DNA of 63,844 bases, counting the filler, from Squatina squatina (lineage: Eukaryota): the NCBI GenBank assembly GCA_031763465.1. It is 4 parts of 4 records of this genome, joined end to end, with 100 filler letters (N's around TTAATTAATTAA, not from the genome) between each part and the next. Parts side by side here need not be neighbours in the genome. Positions count along the whole stretch, not along the records: positions 51,373 to 63,844 come from JARFOE010000001.1; 3 more parts are not named here. One strand, 5' to 3'. The translations under genes were made by a program, and so were the position numbers. Within the stretch, counting starts at the first letter, position 1, and every line of letters begins with the position of its first letter. Positions 61,481-63,844 of the stretch are shown here, in pieces. Under the pieces are notes generated by a model. That model was given only the letters and a program-made list of their open reading frames with translations, did not search any database and was not told where the DNA came from.

Positions 61481-62397
61481 ACTTCTCTCCTTCACTGCCT
61501 GCTCTCAATCGCTCAATGGTGTGACTCTCCTCCCAAACTCTCTCCAAAAACTGCTGTTCCTCCCTGAGGCTGGATTGTCTCCATCACCTTCTCAAATTCT
61601 GAGATTTTGATCTTGAGCAATATGAGATGGTGACACTTCCCACAGACGTGCCACTAACTCGACTCTGATTGAAAAAATAAAGTTATGAAGATATCTGATA
61701 TTCTTCTATTTCTCTTTTTTCTTTCAAGATAATAAGTAACCAAAACAAGGCACGGATTGCAGGAATAAGAATTGTTTCAATACAGTACTGTGCACAGTAC
61801 TGCATAATCAAATCTTATCTTCATGGTTATAAATGGAAGTTATCTATGATTAATTGTACAGTCAATGATGGTACTGTGGTGCACACAGTACATGGCACAA
61901 ACCTACATAGATAATGCTGAGAGTTCAACTATTCGTTGTTTCTAACTTTGGTTCATCCCGGTATCAGCTGCAGTACACATGCTACTTCTTTTACCCTAAG
62001 CCATACTTTTACAATAGTTCATTGAAAATAAATATTTTAACTGGCATTTGAGTCACATGACTTTAATAATGACTACCAGTGTATTAGGATCAATTTCATC
62101 AACAGTAACTGGCTCCTAAAAGAGGCTTTTATAGTCTCCTTTCAGTTTATAAACTTTTAGATGGGTTCTTCAGGAGACTGAGGTGTGATACATCTTGCAA
62201 TCTGCCCACACAACGATTGTACTCAGATCAGTCCAAGACCGTGGGATACAGAAATAAATGATAATAGCAGAAAATGAGAGACAGAAGTAGAGAGGTAAAA
62301 GAGACTGCATTTGAATTTCCTGCAGACCCAATTAATCCCTTTCATAACGCCATTAAAATTTATATCAAAATGAAAGATGTGTCTGCTGATGTAATGT

Positions 62398-62881
62398 CGC
62401 ACTGTCGGAGCGGGGATACTGAGGGACGCTGCACTGTCGGAGGGGCAGTGCTTAGGGAGCGCTGCACTGTCGGAGGGGCAGTGCTGAGGGAGCGCTGCAT
62501 GGTCGGAGGGACAGTATGGAGCGATTGCTGCACTGTCGGAGGGACAGTGCCGAGGGAATGCTGCACTGTCGGAGGGACAGGACTGAGGGAGCGCTGCATT
62601 TTAGGAGGGACAGTACTGAGTAACAACTACACTGTCGGAGGGGCAGTACGGTGGGAGTGCAGCACTGTCGGAGGGGCAGTACTGAGGGAATGTTCCACTG
62701 TCGGTGGGGAAGTACTGAGGGAGTGCTGCATTTAAGAAGGGCCACTACTGAGGGATTGCAGCACTGTCGGAGGAGCAGTACTGAAGGAGTGCTGCGCTGT
62801 GGGTGGGGCAGTACTGACGGAGCACTGCACTGCCAGAGGGGCAGTCCTGACGGAGTGCTGCGCTGTGATAGGGGCAGTAGT
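62398..62881. repeat. Minisatellite, 33-bp unit gcactgtcggaggggcagtactgagggagcgct, SINE-derived
   Basis: About 14 copies; unit matches the SINE segment at 44953-44986. Confidence 0.9.
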
Positions 62882-63844
62882 NNNNNNNNNNNNNNNNNNN
62901 NNNNNNNNNNNNNNNNNNNNNNNNNNNNNNNNNNNNNNNNNNNNNNNNNNNNNNNNNNNNNNNNNNNNNNNNNNNNNNNNNTTATTTGTAACAAAATTCA
63001 AAACTATTTCAGGCCATTTAAAATTCCCCTTTCAAATAAACAGCTGGGAACTCAGGGTTTCAGCACGGTTGGGACAAAAGAAATGCTAATATGGGATTTT
63101 AAAGCACTGTTCTGTCACAAAGAAACTGCATAGGATTTTGGACCTTTCCTGTCGGATTCTATTCGAGACATAAGGGACCAGCCGATCATTATTAACCTGG
63201 CAGGTGGGGGTTGGCATTTTGATGGGGCAAGTAGAAAAAGGGCAGAAGAGTTTTAAAGAAAGCTGGGGTGAAGAAAAGTTTAATTGGATGATTTTTTGCT
63301 TAGTGAAAGTTCCAAAATTCCCTCTAAGTTAATAAAGACTGTTGTCTACTAAAGACCTTAAAGGATCTTAAAGGAAATGCCTTGTAAAAGGCTTTCAAAT
63401 GTGTCTTTGGACATTTCATTCAAGATATAGCATTAAACAAAGACTGACGATAGGGCGTTCAGACAAGATATAATGCCTCAATATAATACCCTGAAAGTCC
63501 TGATCTCAGTTTACTGAGTATTAAAAGAAAGCATTAGATCCAGCTTAGCTTCAAGAAAATTTATGATTGTGTGAACACGGATATTACTTTAAGTTTCTCT
63601 AATGTTTTAGTAGTTCAATTGCATGTATCGCATTACCCACCACCACAACCTAGTGAGGTCCAGAGTTCCTCATATTTTAGGTGCAGAAGTCGAAGGTTGA
63701 CCTTGTACCTTGTTGACCTTCTCAGCATGGGTTTGATGCCTAGCACTTCAGAAGGAGTCAGCTCATAACTAATTAGTGTCAGCATTTCAGTACATCAGAG
63801 CAAGCTTTGCTAGGTAACTTGAAGCCTCCATGAAAGTCTGAAGG

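Noticed and set aside
62274-63133. Cys-rich repetitive ORFs
   Set aside because: Translations of the 33-bp minisatellite

Overview
Vertebrate genomic DNA, almost certainly a cartilaginous fish (shark-type Deu-domain SINEs, L2/CR1/RTE LINEs, Penelope and Harbinger repeats). It is not one locus: three artificial linkers (44 N + TTAATTAATTAA + 44 N at 16000-16099, 34484-34583, 51273-51372) join four unrelated scaffolds, and many fixed 100-N gaps hide unknown lengths. Scaffold 1 (1-15999): last two coding exons and 3'UTR of PAX3, then an intact single-coding-exon KCNE-family gene and enhancer-like non-coding blocks. Scaffold 2 (16100-34483): no recognisable exons; repeats, an orphan CCAAT/GC-box/YY1 promoter-like cluster, and a Penelope terminal repeat with a minimal hammerhead ribozyme in a direct-repeat, retrozyme-like layout. 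Scaffold 3 (34584-51272): 5' part of ARHGEF9/collybistin, with a transmembrane microprotein uORF in the MTL first exon and an upstream exon resembling the APC-binding region of Asef/Asef2. Scaffold 4 (51373-63844): four exons of RASGEF1B on the minus strand plus Harbinger relics. All homologies are from recalled sequences; no search was run.
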